Shown: positions 7,444-17,183 of the stretch, one piece after another
Position numbering within the stretch: position 1 is the stretch's first letter
How the letters are laid out: every line of letters starts with the position of its first letter
Origin: an uncultured Acidobacteriota bacterium
GTDB lineage: Bacteria; Acidobacteriota; Terriglobia; Terriglobales; Acidobacteriaceae
NCBI GenBank assembly: GCA_963763845.1
Contig: CAVXPX010000021.1
Span: 183,281 to 247,280 of the forward strand
Length of the DNA: 64,000 bases
Reading direction: 5' to 3'
Made by a program: the position numbers and the translations under genes
Notes under the pieces: generated by a model
The model's input: only the letters and a program-made list of their open reading frames with translations
Told to the model about the DNA's origin: nothing
The model's database searches: none

Positions 7444-8928
7444 ATGACGCCCTTTCCAGAAAAATCTGCCATTCGAAGACGAGCGGCGCTGCTGCTGGGC
7501 GTCGTGACTTTCTTTTCTTTCATTTATTTCTACGAGGGCGGCGGGTGGAATCACAATTCGCGCTTTGATCTTCTCCGCGCCATTGTTGAAGAGCACACAC
7601 TGCGCATCGATTCCTACCAGCAGAACACGCAGGATAAAGCGCACTTCAAAGGACATTACTATTCCGATAAAGCGCCGGGGCTCGTTTTTCTGGCGGTGCC
7701 GTTCGCTGTTGTGGCAAGACCGGCCATGCGCGCTGTTGGGGTCGATCCCGTTTCTCCGCAAGGCGAATTTCTTCTTTCGTATCTCGTGAGCGTGTTTTCG
7801 GTGGCCATCCCGATGGCTCTCGCCGGAGTGTGCCTGTTTTTTATTGCGATGCGATTTGGCGCGTCGTTGGCGGGAGCAGCTTTCGGCGTCATCGTTTTGT
7901 GCCTGGGTACTCCGATCTGGGCTTATGCCAGTTTGTTCTGGGCTCATGCGCTGGTCGGAGCCTGTCTGATCTTCGCGCTTGCCGCCGCATTGAAAATCGG
8001 CCAGACTGCCGGAACGGGCCATCTCGATTTCTTCTGGGCGCTCGCGGTCGGACTCGCTGCCGGATGGGCCACCGTGACCGAGTATCCGGCTGCGCCTGCC
8101 TCGGGGATTCTGGCCGTCTTCGCTCTTTCACGCGCGTGGCGGCAGGGCGCGACCGCCCGATGGCGGGCTATTATCGGAGTCGGCCTTGGAGCCTCGATCT
8201 GCGTCGCGGTGCTGCTCGGCTATCTGCACGCGGCGTTTGGCGGATTTCGTCCAAGCTACTCGTACTACGATCCGACTTCGTTTTCGTTCATGCAGCAGCA
8301 GGGATATATGGGCCTGACCTATCCTCATCCAGATCGCCTCCTGAAATTGTTGTTCGGATGTTCGCGCGGACTTTTCTTCGCCTCGCCCGTGATGCTGGCC
8401 GCCCCGGCCGGCTTGTGGACCTTGTGGAACGGAAAATACCGCGCGGCAGCCGTTATCGCATTCGCGATTGCGGCGTATTACTTCTTATTTAACGCATCTT
8501 TTTACTGGTGGAAGGCGGGCCTGACCTTCGGCCCTCGCTACGCTGGAGCCGCCATTCCTCTGCTATGCCTTGGCCTTGCCCCGTGTTGGCAGCGCGCAAC
8601 TCCAGGGTGGCGGCGAGTTCTTCTCGTCGTCGCGGCGGGGAGCGTCTTCATCGCGCTTATGGTGGTCTCGACGACATCGCAGCTTTCCATGCAGGATAAC
8701 TGCCCGATGATTCATTCCGTCTGGCCATCGTTTTGGGCCGGCAAAATGGCAATGAATCGCGATTCGATGTTGACCCTGGCCGAAGCGGGAGCGCATGGGA
8801 AATATGGCGCGTTCAATTTAGGTCAACTGCTCGGCTTGCACGGGCTCGCCAGCCTGACTCCGCTGCTCGGCGTCTGGGCTCTCGCGGCGATCGCGTGGCG
8901 CCGGATGATCCCTGCGAAGTCGATGTAA
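7444..8928 (+). CDS. polytopic membrane glycosyltransferase, GT-C fold (PMT/ArnT-like, family 39/83-like)
   Basis: More than 10 predicted TM helices. The first-loop motif HYYSDKAPG resembles ArnT/PMT family loop motifs. Confidence 0.6.
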   Translation: MTPFPEKSAIRRRAALLLGVVTFFSFIYFYEGGGWNHNSRFDLLRAIVEEHTLRIDSYQQNTQDKAHFKGHYYSDKAPGLVFLAVPFAVVARPAMRAVGVDPVSPQGEFLLSYLVSVFSVAIPMALAGVCLFFIAMRFGASLAGAAFGVIVLCLGTPIWAYASLFWAHALVGACLIFALAAALKIGQTAGTGHLDFFWALAVGLAAGWATVTEYPAAPASGILAVFALSRAWRQGATARWRAIIGVGLGASICVAVLLGYLHAAFGGFRPSYSYYDPTSFSFMQQQGYMGLTYPHPDRLLKLLFGCSRGLFFASPVMLAAPAGLWTLWNGKYRAAAVIAFAIAAYYFLFNASFYWWKAGLTFGPRYAGAAIPLLCLGLAPCWQRATPGWRRVLLVVAAGSVFIALMVVSTTSQLSMQDNCPMIHSVWPSFWAGKMAMNRDSMLTLAEAGAHGKYGAFNLGQLLGLHGLASLTPLLGVWALAAIAWRRMIPAKSM

Positions 8929-8972
8929 GATAGATTCGGATACCGAAAAATCAGCGATTCTTCGAGGAATTT

Positions 8973-9245
8973 ATGGCGCACATGGTGTATTGCGTGAAGT
9001 TCAAGAAGGAAATGCCCGGGCTCGACGAGCCGCCCTTCGACAACGAACTCGGCCAGAAGGTCTACGACAATGTCTCGCAGGAGGCGTGGCGCATGTGGAT
9101 GGAGCATTGCAAAATGCTGCTCAACGAATACCGCCTCAATCCGGCCCGGCGCGAAGATCAGGAAGTCATCGTCAAGCAGATGGAAATGTTCTTCTTCGGC
9201 GAAGGATCAGCCAAGCCGAAGGAATACGTGCCGCCGGCGCAGTAG
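8973..9245 (+). CDS. yggX: Fe(2+)-trafficking / oxidative-damage protection protein YggX
   Basis: 90 aa. MVYCVKFKKEMPGLDEPPFDNELGQKVYDNVSQEAWRMWMEHCKMLLNEYRLN aligns with the YggX family along its whole length. Confidence 0.9.
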   Translation: MAHMVYCVKFKKEMPGLDEPPFDNELGQKVYDNVSQEAWRMWMEHCKMLLNEYRLNPARREDQEVIVKQMEMFFFGEGSAKPKEYVPPAQ

Positions 9246-9308
9246 GGCCGGCTTCCGGCTTCGGACCTCCGACCTCAGACTTCGGGCACCGCACGTCCGA
9301 CTCACACT

Positions 9309-9953
9309 TCAGGCTTCTGCTTTCAGGATCTTCTGTTCGCGCAGGAATGGGGCTGCGCCTACCAAGAGCGCAAGCCCGGGGACAACGACCCACTGCGTGA
9401 TGTCATTCGCGAAGTAGCGAAGTTGCCCGAGACCATTCACCGCGAAATCGATTGGTTCGATGATGATGAATATCGCCAAGAGCCACAAGACCGGAGCGAG
9501 TGCTGCGATCAGGCGCGTGAGGATTGAAGCTCCTGCGCGATGCGAGAGATAGGCTCCGAGCGCCCCGCACAACGGCAATATTCCCAACCAAGGCCAATAG
9601 AACGTCATCTCAACTGGGCCGGTTCTGACAAGTTGCGCGCGCAGCCCCGCGAACTGAAGCGAAGCCATCGCCAGACTTGCTCCCAGCAGACTCGCAACCG
9701 CCGGAATCCACAGACTCCTCGTACGGTAGTTCATGACGTCCTCCCCTGAATTTCTTCGACGAATTGCCTTCACCAGAACAGCGCGGTCATCTAGCTCTTC
9801 CAGCGTCTCCGCAAGCGCATTCGGTTCGGCCAGCCCGCGCGAACGACAGTTCTCATAGCTTTCTTCGAGATGGGCCGCCAGTTCACGCACCGCTTCTTCG
9901 TGGATGTTTCTTAGCCCTAGACGTTCACTGACCACCATCTTCCAATCAGGCAT
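9309..9953 (-). CDS. membrane protein with N-terminal permease-prefix-like domain, PadR-associated
   Basis: The start ATG at 9953 overlaps the PadR stop by 8 nt. The soluble N-terminal helix region (ELAAHLEESYE) is followed by 4 TM helices. Confidence 0.65.
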   Translation of the reverse strand: MPDWKMVVSERLGLRNIHEEAVRELAAHLEESYENCRSRGLAEPNALAETLEELDDRAVLVKAIRRRNSGEDVMNYRTRSLWIPAVASLLGASLAMASLQFAGLRAQLVRTGPVEMTFYWPWLGILPLCGALGAYLSHRAGASILTRLIAALAPVLWLLAIFIIIEPIDFAVNGLGQLRYFANDITQWVVVPGLALLVGAAPFLREQKILKAEA

Positions 9954-10287
9954 GGCTGACTCCGGCCAGCGCATCGAGCGCATGGAAAAATGAACGCCAT
10001 TCCTCGCGGAGCGGGGCGAGTTGACGGCGTCCCGCGGATGTCAGCTTGTAATAGCGGCGGTCGCGTCCGGCATCGTTCGCCTGCCAGTTAGCCTCCAGCC
10101 AGCCGCGCTTCTCCATGTCATAGAGCAGCGGATATAGCGACGCGAGAGTAAATTTCAGCGCGCCGCCGGTTCGTTCGCCAATTTGCCTGGCGATTTCAAA
10201 GCCGTAGAGCGGACGCTCGGCAAGCAGCGACAGGATGGCCAGTTCTCCGCTGCCGCGCGCAATCTTTGATCGGATACGTTTCATCAT
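9946..10287 (-). CDS. PadR-family transcriptional regulator
   Basis: ELAILSLLAERPLYGFEIARQI ... LYPLLYDMEKRGWLEA ... RRYYKLTSAGRRQL (winged-helix PadR signature). Confidence 0.9.
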   Translation of the reverse strand: MMKRIRSKIARGSGELAILSLLAERPLYGFEIARQIGERTGGALKFTLASLYPLLYDMEKRGWLEANWQANDAGRDRRYYKLTSAGRRQLAPLREEWRSFFHALDALAGVSHA

Positions 10288-10289
10288 GG

Positions 10290-10332
10290 CTATATCGGAT
10301 TCCTATGTTCCAAGTATAGGAATCCGATATAG
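10290..10332. promoter_or_regulatory. perfect 17-bp inverted repeat (9-nt spacer) abutting the padR start codon; candidate PadR operator or 5'-UTR hairpin
   Basis: ctatatcggattcctat (10290..10306) and ataggaatccgatatag (10316..10332) are exact reverse complements. The repeat begins 3 nt upstream of the ATG at 10287. Confidence 0.55.
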
Positions 10333-10514
10333 ACCCGCAACATTACGGTGGTACTAGGCGAATGCAGTACTGCCCGCCGGATTCATCCGTTGCAAAAGTC
10401 CGCCACAAGGTTGCGCAGATCCGTCAATTCAGCCGGTTGCCGTGGGGGTTACCTCTGCACCGATATTGATGCACTATTAATCACCCCGTAACATTCCGCT
10501 GCTACAACCAGACC

Positions 10515-11324
10515 ATGGATCTGCATGGCCACAACACGCTGATCCTCTCCGACCTGCACCTGGGTGCAGAGACGAGCCGCGCGCGCGAGGCGACCCGGGT
10601 TCTGAAGGAAAACCGTTTTCAGCGCCTGATCCTGCTGGGCGACATCTTTGCCGATCTGAATTTCGCGCGCCTCACCAAAGAGCACTGGAAGTTTCTCAGC
10701 TACATCCGGAAGCTGTCGAATCCGAAGCGAAACATCGAAGTCGTCTGGGTCGAAGGCAATCACGATCACGGGCTCACCAACATCATGTCGCATCTCGTGG
10801 GCGTGCGCGTCTATCAGGAATATACGTGGGAATACCGCGGCCTGCGCCACATCGCGATTCACGGCCACCAGTTCGACGGATTCCAGGTGAACCGGTTGCG
10901 GCTGAGCCAGTGGGGAACTTCGCTTTATCTGCAACTGCAGAAACTCGATTTCAAACGCAAGCCCATCGTGCGGCTCATCGACCGGCTGAACACGCGCTGG
11001 CTGCGCATGTCCGAGAAAGTTGCGGCCGGAGCCCTGGCTTACGCCCGGCATCATCAGGCCGAACGGATCTTCTGCGGGCACACGCACGAAGCGCTTCACA
11101 TCGAGCGCGACGGCATTGATTACTACAACTCTGGGGGATGGGTCGATTCACGATTGACCTATCTGACGATTGATGAATCGGGGGTACAAATCCATGAATA
11201 CGGCGAACGAACTGACGATCGTGATTCCGGCGAAGAACGAAGCGACGTTGATTCCGCGCTTGCTGACTTCGCTGATGAATCAGGACTACCCGAAGATGTC
11301 GAGTACGAGAGTGTTGGTCGCTGA
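10515..11324 (+). CDS. calcineurin-like metallophosphoesterase (LpxH-like UDP-2,3-diacylglucosamine hydrolase family)
   Basis: LSDLHLG, LLGDIFD-like LGDIFAD, GNHD, HGH and GHTH motifs. The acidic 40-aa tail overlaps the next gene. Confidence 0.8.
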   Translation: MDLHGHNTLILSDLHLGAETSRAREATRVLKENRFQRLILLGDIFADLNFARLTKEHWKFLSYIRKLSNPKRNIEVVWVEGNHDHGLTNIMSHLVGVRVYQEYTWEYRGLRHIAIHGHQFDGFQVNRLRLSQWGTSLYLQLQKLDFKRKPIVRLIDRLNTRWLRMSEKVAAGALAYARHHQAERIFCGHTHEALHIERDGIDYYNSGGWVDSRLTYLTIDESGVQIHEYGERTDDRDSGEERSDVDSALADFADESGLPEDVEYESVGR

Positions 11325-11940
11325 CGCGAATTCGACGGACGGAACACCGGACGTGGTGCGGATTTTCCGCAGCCGGCTGAACGTCAGCGTCATTCGCGGC
11401 GGAATGCCTTCAGTCGGCCGCAACCGCGGAGCCGCGCTGGCCGACACACCCTACGTCCTGTTCCTCGACGCCGATATTGAACTGGCAGACACGACCCTGA
11501 TCCGGCGCTGCATGCAGAAAACGAAGGCGCGGCAGTTGCATTGCGTGACCACGAACATCGCATGCCGCGACGGAAACTGGATCGATAAGCTGTTCTATAA
11601 GGTCAACGAGTGCTTCCAATACATGTCGTACCTGCATCGTCCATTTGCAACCGGAATGTTCATGCTTTGGGACCGCAAGAAATTTTGGGAGCTCGGCGGA
11701 TTTCACGAACAGATTTTGTTCGCCGAAGACTACCGCCTGAGTCAGCAGGTGGAGCAGAAGCGCTTTGCAATCGTGCGCGGCGGAGTCTATACGACGAACC
11801 GCCGCTTCCAGCGCATGGGGCATCTCAAAGTGGGATGGCTGTTTCTGAAGACGGGCCTCAATTACTGGAATGAGCAGTATTTCCTGCGTGATCACAAATA
11901 CTGGGCAGAGTCGGAGAGCGCTCCACCGCGGTCTGCTTAA
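11194..11940 (+). CDS. family 2 glycosyltransferase
   Basis: LTIVIPAKNEA ... VADANSTDGT ... LFLDADIEL (GT2 DxD region). ATG at 11194; alternative start at 11170. Confidence 0.85.
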   Translation: MNTANELTIVIPAKNEATLIPRLLTSLMNQDYPKMSSTRVLVADANSTDGTPDVVRIFRSRLNVSVIRGGMPSVGRNRGAALADTPYVLFLDADIELADTTLIRRCMQKTKARQLHCVTTNIACRDGNWIDKLFYKVNECFQYMSYLHRPFATGMFMLWDRKKFWELGGFHEQILFAEDYRLSQQVEQKRFAIVRGGVYTTNRRFQRMGHLKVGWLFLKTGLNYWNEQYFLRDHKYWAESESAPPRSA

Positions 11941-11969
11941 TCGAGTTTTGTTCGTGGCCACAAAGAACG

Positions 11970-12005
11970 GGATTCAGCCAACCAGCTGAATCCTGTTTTA
12001 TTTTG
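11970..12005 (+). terminator. rho-independent terminator after the GT2 gene
   Basis: 9-bp stem ggattcagc/gctgaatcc (11970..11978 / 11985..11993), 6-nt loop, then tgttttatttt. Confidence 0.7.
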
Positions 12006-12022
12006 TGGTTTCTAAAAACACA

Positions 12023-12050
12023 GGATCCCTCCACTTCGGTCGGGATGACA
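12023..12050 (-). repeat. REP-A unit (variant)
   Basis: The reverse complement reads tgtcatcccgaccgaagtggagggatcc. Confidence 0.55.
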
Positions 12051-12065
12051 GTGAGCGGAAGCCAT

Positions 12066-12617
12066 CTAGAACCGAAACACGATTCCGGTCGAGAAGCGGA
12101 AATTACCTTGCGTGGTGTGGAAGAAGTCCGTGCGGACGTAGTCACCTTCTACACGCCAGGCGACGGGATGAAAAAGGCGGTAATCGATGCCTCCGCCCAA
12201 GGCCGTCGCGAAGGATGTGTCTGTTCCTAATCCTGCCGAACCGGTGGTCGCATGCGCCACGCCAACTTCAAACTCCGCAAATGGACGAAACCGCCCGACC
12301 GGGAAGGAAACTCGCGGCCCGAACATCGCCTCATACACATGGGAATTGGAACGAACCGGACCGCAAGATCCTGGTCCTGGGGGACAAAGAATGTTGAAGC
12401 TTAGCGTGCCGTAGTGCCCCGTCAGATCGGCCACAATGCCGAGCATGGGAAAGACCTTGCCCTCGAGCGTGCCCTGCCAGCCATTCAGACTGCCGCGATT
12501 AAGCGACAAATCTGTGTTGTAGTAGGTGTAGCCGAAATAGACATTCCCCGAACTGGGCACCTGAGCCGCCGCGAAGGAGCTTACGAACAACATCGCCACT
12601 ATCCAGAAATGTTTCAT
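12066..12617 (-). CDS. small outer-membrane beta-barrel protein (paralog 1 of 3)
   Basis: Signal peptide ending AAQ, alternating hydrophobic strands, and C-terminal STGIVFRF ending in F. Confidence 0.8.
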   Translation of the reverse strand: MKHFWIVAMLFVSSFAAAQVPSSGNVYFGYTYYNTDLSLNRGSLNGWQGTLEGKVFPMLGIVADLTGHYGTLSFNILCPPGPGSCGPVRSNSHVYEAMFGPRVSFPVGRFRPFAEFEVGVAHATTGSAGLGTDTSFATALGGGIDYRLFHPVAWRVEGDYVRTDFFHTTQGNFRFSTGIVFRF

Positions 12618-12646
12618 CGGTCTTGCTCCATCTCTACTGCGGGATT

Positions 12647-13204
12647 CTAGAAGCGAATCACGATGCCCGTCGACAAGCGCAGATTGTTCTGCGCAAGGTT
12701 GAACAAGTGCGTGTGGATGTAGTCTCCCTGAAATCGCCAGGCGACCAGGCTGATCAACTTGTAATCCAGTCCTCCGCCCACGCCCGACGCAACCGAAGTA
12801 TCGGACCCGAAGCCGTTGGTATTGATGTGTCCAAAACCGATCAGCGCTTCGGCAAATGGCCGGAACTTGCCCACCGAGACCGACGCCCGCGGACCAATGA
12901 GGAAGTTATCGACGTGGGAATTCACGCTGGTGGTACTGCAGTTGATCGCCAATGGGCACGCAACCGGAAAACTCAGATTTCCGTAATTCGCGCTGAAATC
13001 CGCCACGATCCCAAGGAACGGAATGGGAAAGAATTTTCCTTCGAGCGATCCTTCCCAGCCATTGACGCTCTGGCGATTGGCGCCATTCACATTCGTGTTG
13101 TAGTACGAGTATCCAGCGAAAACGTTCCCGGAAGTCGGGATCTGGGCGACTGCCAGAGAACCGAGAAAAAAGACGACAAGGGATAGAAAGAAGGTCCTGC
13201 GCAT
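12647..13204 (-). CDS. small outer-membrane beta-barrel protein (paralog 2 of 3)
   Basis: Collinear with 12066..12617 (SGNV..GY.YYNT, NGW.G.LEGK.FP, GIVADF, FRPFAE, GGG.DYKL, W R.QGDY, STGIVIRF). Confidence 0.8.
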   Translation of the reverse strand: MRRTFFLSLVVFFLGSLAVAQIPTSGNVFAGYSYYNTNVNGANRQSVNGWEGSLEGKFFPIPFLGIVADFSANYGNLSFPVACPLAINCSTTSVNSHVDNFLIGPRASVSVGKFRPFAEALIGFGHINTNGFGSDTSVASGVGGGLDYKLISLVAWRFQGDYIHTHLFNLAQNNLRLSTGIVIRF

Positions 13205-13311
13205 CGAACTCCTCCTTCTGCACCCGTTAACCCAGCCGGATGCAGAAAGTTTTTGGATGCGCCCGTAACCAAACAGGATAGCGCTGAATTCGGCTCAACT
13301 CGCAGCCGAGA

Positions 13312-13878
13312 TCAGAAACGCCAGACGATTCCCGTAGACGCGCGGTAATCGTTTTGTGTGGCGCTGGCGTAGTGGGAGTGCATGTAGTCGCCTTGCACCC
13401 GCCAGGAGAAATTCTTGAAGCCCAGTTTGTAATCGGCGCCGCCGCCTACATCGATGACTAACGGATTGTAGATAAAGCCGCTGGTCGTGAGGTGCCGGAT
13501 TCCCACCATCGCATCGATGAACGGACGCCACCGGCCGAGGTTCGACGAAAGCCGGGGACCGCCGACGAGGTTATATTGCGTGACGCCGCTCGCGCGGTAG
13601 AAACCACTGATGTCGCCCACCAGTCCGAGATGTGGAAATCGGGTAAAGGGCAGCGCCTCGTAAGAAGCGTTCCATCCGCGATAGCTTTGTTTTACGACCA
13701 CGTTGGTGAGTTGGCCGTACGACACTCCGCCATAGACGTTTCCGTTCGGAAGAAGCCCGTTGAATTGCGCCGACATCGGGAGCGAGAAGAGCAGGAAGCC
13801 CACGAACGCCAGAGCAACGGAAGCAGTTTTCGACACGAAATATTCCTCCCCGGCGAGCGCGCCGGCAAAAGAAGCCAT
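13312..13878 (-). CDS. small outer-membrane beta-barrel protein (paralog 3 of 3, more divergent)
   Basis: Signal peptide ..LLFSLPMSAQ, WRPFIDA, GGGADYKL, WRVQGDY, and C-terminal STGIVWRF. ATG at 13878 (TTG at 13887 possible). Confidence 0.75.
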   Translation of the reverse strand: MASFAGALAGEEYFVSKTASVALAFVGFLLFSLPMSAQFNGLLPNGNVYGGVSYGQLTNVVVKQSYRGWNASYEALPFTRFPHLGLVGDISGFYRASGVTQYNLVGGPRLSSNLGRWRPFIDAMVGIRHLTTSGFIYNPLVIDVGGGADYKLGFKNFSWRVQGDYMHSHYASATQNDYRASTGIVWRF

Positions 13879-14040
13879 TGTAATCAATGAAATCGGTTAG
13901 ATGCAGTGTACCGGATGCCAAAGATGTTCCGGGGACAAAATTTGTCCGGGCTGGGGCTTAAGGCTCCCGACAGCACTTTGACGAAAATTTACCAGATATT
14001 TATGGTGCCAAAACTGCCTTGCTCTCGTCTATCTACTAAC

Positions 14041-14487
14041 ATGCAAACTATGAATAGCGACTACCAAACCTGGGAGCAACCAGCAGCATCGGCTGCCTTT
14101 CAACTGCAAAAGGAGTCGAAGTTGAAACTGAGTCTGGAAATGCGGAATCGTGGCGACGTCATCGTCGTGCACTGCCAGGGACGCATCGTCTATCGCGACG
14201 AAGCGGCAGCCCTGTCTCGCATCGTCGATGAAGTTTTGCACCCGGGAAGCAGGCTGGTTCTGGAGTTGACCGGCGTGAGCTCGATCGACAGCGCCGGTAT
14301 CGGCGAACTCGCTTTGCTGCAAACCTGGGCGCAGAACCGAAATGCCGAGTTGAAATGCGCCGGCGCAAATGAACTGGTCCGCGCGCTGCTCGATTTGACC
14401 AATCTCGATTCGGTGATGGACGTCTATCCAACGCTAGAAGCCGCGCTGGAGTCATTTCCCGAGATGCGGGTCTGCGCTGACTGTTAG
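14041..14487 (+). CDS. STAS-domain protein (anti-sigma-factor antagonist family)
   Basis: VIVVHCQGRIVYRDEAAAL ... LVLELTGVSSIDSAGIGELALL ... matches SpoIIAA/RsbV-like STAS. ATG at 14041 chosen inside ORF 13906..14487. Confidence 0.75.
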   Translation: MQTMNSDYQTWEQPAASAAFQLQKESKLKLSLEMRNRGDVIVVHCQGRIVYRDEAAALSRIVDEVLHPGSRLVLELTGVSSIDSAGIGELALLQTWAQNRNAELKCAGANELVRALLDLTNLDSVMDVYPTLEAALESFPEMRVCADC

Positions 14488-14507
14488 GCTCAGACAAAAC
14501 CTGGTAC

Positions 14508-14546
14508 AAGGAGCGAACCCGCCCAGGTTCGCTCCTTTCGCTTTTG
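14508..14546 (+). terminator. rho-independent terminator between convergent STAS and LysR genes
   Basis: 12-bp stem aaggagcgaacc/ggttcgctcctt, 6-nt loop, then tcgcttttgg. Confidence 0.7.
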
Positions 14547-14591
14547 GCGCGATCTCTGGCACGGTATGGGACACGGTCTGCGGCGCGGAAT

Positions 14592-15509
14592 TCAGTTTTC
14601 TCTCTGGAAGCGGAATTGCCCTTTTCGCTCCACAGCCACCGCCTCGGCGACTTTCAGGAATGCCCGCGCCGCGTGCGACAGGCTGGCATCTTTGCGGTAG
14701 ATCAGCCGCAGCTTGCGTTTCAACTGCAGTTCGCGCACCGGGATGCTGACCAGCTCTCCGCGGGCGATTTCGGCCTGCACGCTGATCTCCGGGACGAATG
14801 CCACTCCGCTTCCCATCGCCACGTAGCGCTTGATCGCCTGCAGCGTCGGCAGTTCAAGATCCATGTGCAAGGGAGTCTTGTGGTTCTTGAACATCTGTAT
14901 GACTTTTTCGCGGTAGGGCGACGACACGATGTGCGCCACGAACGATTCCGCGCCCAGTTGCCGTATGCTCACCTGCGGCGCCGAAGCCAGCGGATGTGTC
15001 GGAGGCACCACAAAAACCAGTTGGTCCGAAAAGATCACGATCGAGTGCAGGCTCGGTTCCTGGGGCGCGTACGACAGCACTCCAAACTCCACGCTGTAGC
15101 TCAAGACCTCGTCGGGGATGCGGCTGCCCAGCGCCCGCTCGACCGTAATCCGGATCATGGGATGCAGCCGCCGAAACTCCGCTAGCACCGGCAACAGGTA
15201 GAGAACGGTCAATTCATTGGCGGCAACGACGAGCTTGCCTTTCTGGAGCTCTTTCAGCTCTGCCAACGATTCACTCGCCTCGCTGCGCAGGTTGATCAGC
15301 TTTTCTGCATACTCGTAGAGAACCTTCCCGGCATCGGTAAGCACTCCCTCGCGCGAAGAACGGTCAAACAGGGCTTCTCCGAGTTCGTCCTCGAGCTTGC
15401 GGATAGTCTGGCTAACCGCCGACTGTGTGCGAAACAGCTTCTCTGCCGCGCGCGAAAAGCGGCGTTCTCGCGCAACCGCAAGAAATACTTCGAGTTGGGA
15501 AAGCTCCAA
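14592..15509 (-). CDS. LysR-family transcriptional regulator (divergent from the leuA-like gene)
   Basis: HTH LSQLEVFLAVARERRFSRAAEKLFRTQSAVSQTIRKLEDELG. Likely TTG start at 15509, preceded by aaaggagg. The ORF extends to 15551. Confidence 0.85.
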   Translation of the reverse strand: MELSQLEVFLAVARERRFSRAAEKLFRTQSAVSQTIRKLEDELGEALFDRSSREGVLTDAGKVLYEYAEKLINLRSEASESLAELKELQKGKLVVAANELTVLYLLPVLAEFRRLHPMIRITVERALGSRIPDEVLSYSVEFGVLSYAPQEPSLHSIVIFSDQLVFVVPPTHPLASAPQVSIRQLGAESFVAHIVSSPYREKVIQMFKNHKTPLHMDLELPTLQAIKRYVAMGSGVAFVPEISVQAEIARGELVSIPVRELQLKRKLRLIYRKDASLSHAARAFLKVAEAVAVERKGQFRFQREN

Positions 15510-15708
15510 GCTGCCTCCTTTAATAGAACTGCAGGGATCTATCAGTAACACTTATAGTAGAACAATCTCTAATGGTTCCTAAAGAAATATAAGTTTCGCT
15601 TCTAGAGATATTCTCCGTACCATAGACGGACCGGTCAAGGTACACACGGCGCGGGGCGCAACCGTCCTCAGAACCGAAAGTAGTGAAGGCCGCGCAACAC
15701 GAGGGATC

Positions 15709-17067
<1,359 letters not shown>

Positions 17068-17183
17068 GAGATTTTGTAGCTTGGTTAGTACTATTGAGGC
17101 CGCCCCGTGGCGTGTCCCGGAGGGTCATCCGGTTGTAGCCCGCCCCTTGAATTACGCGCGGGCTTTCAGCCCGTAAGGAACCC

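Noticed and set aside
10449-11099. 216-aa ORF on the - strand
   Set aside because: It is antisense to the metallophosphoesterase gene, whose metal-binding motifs are unambiguous.
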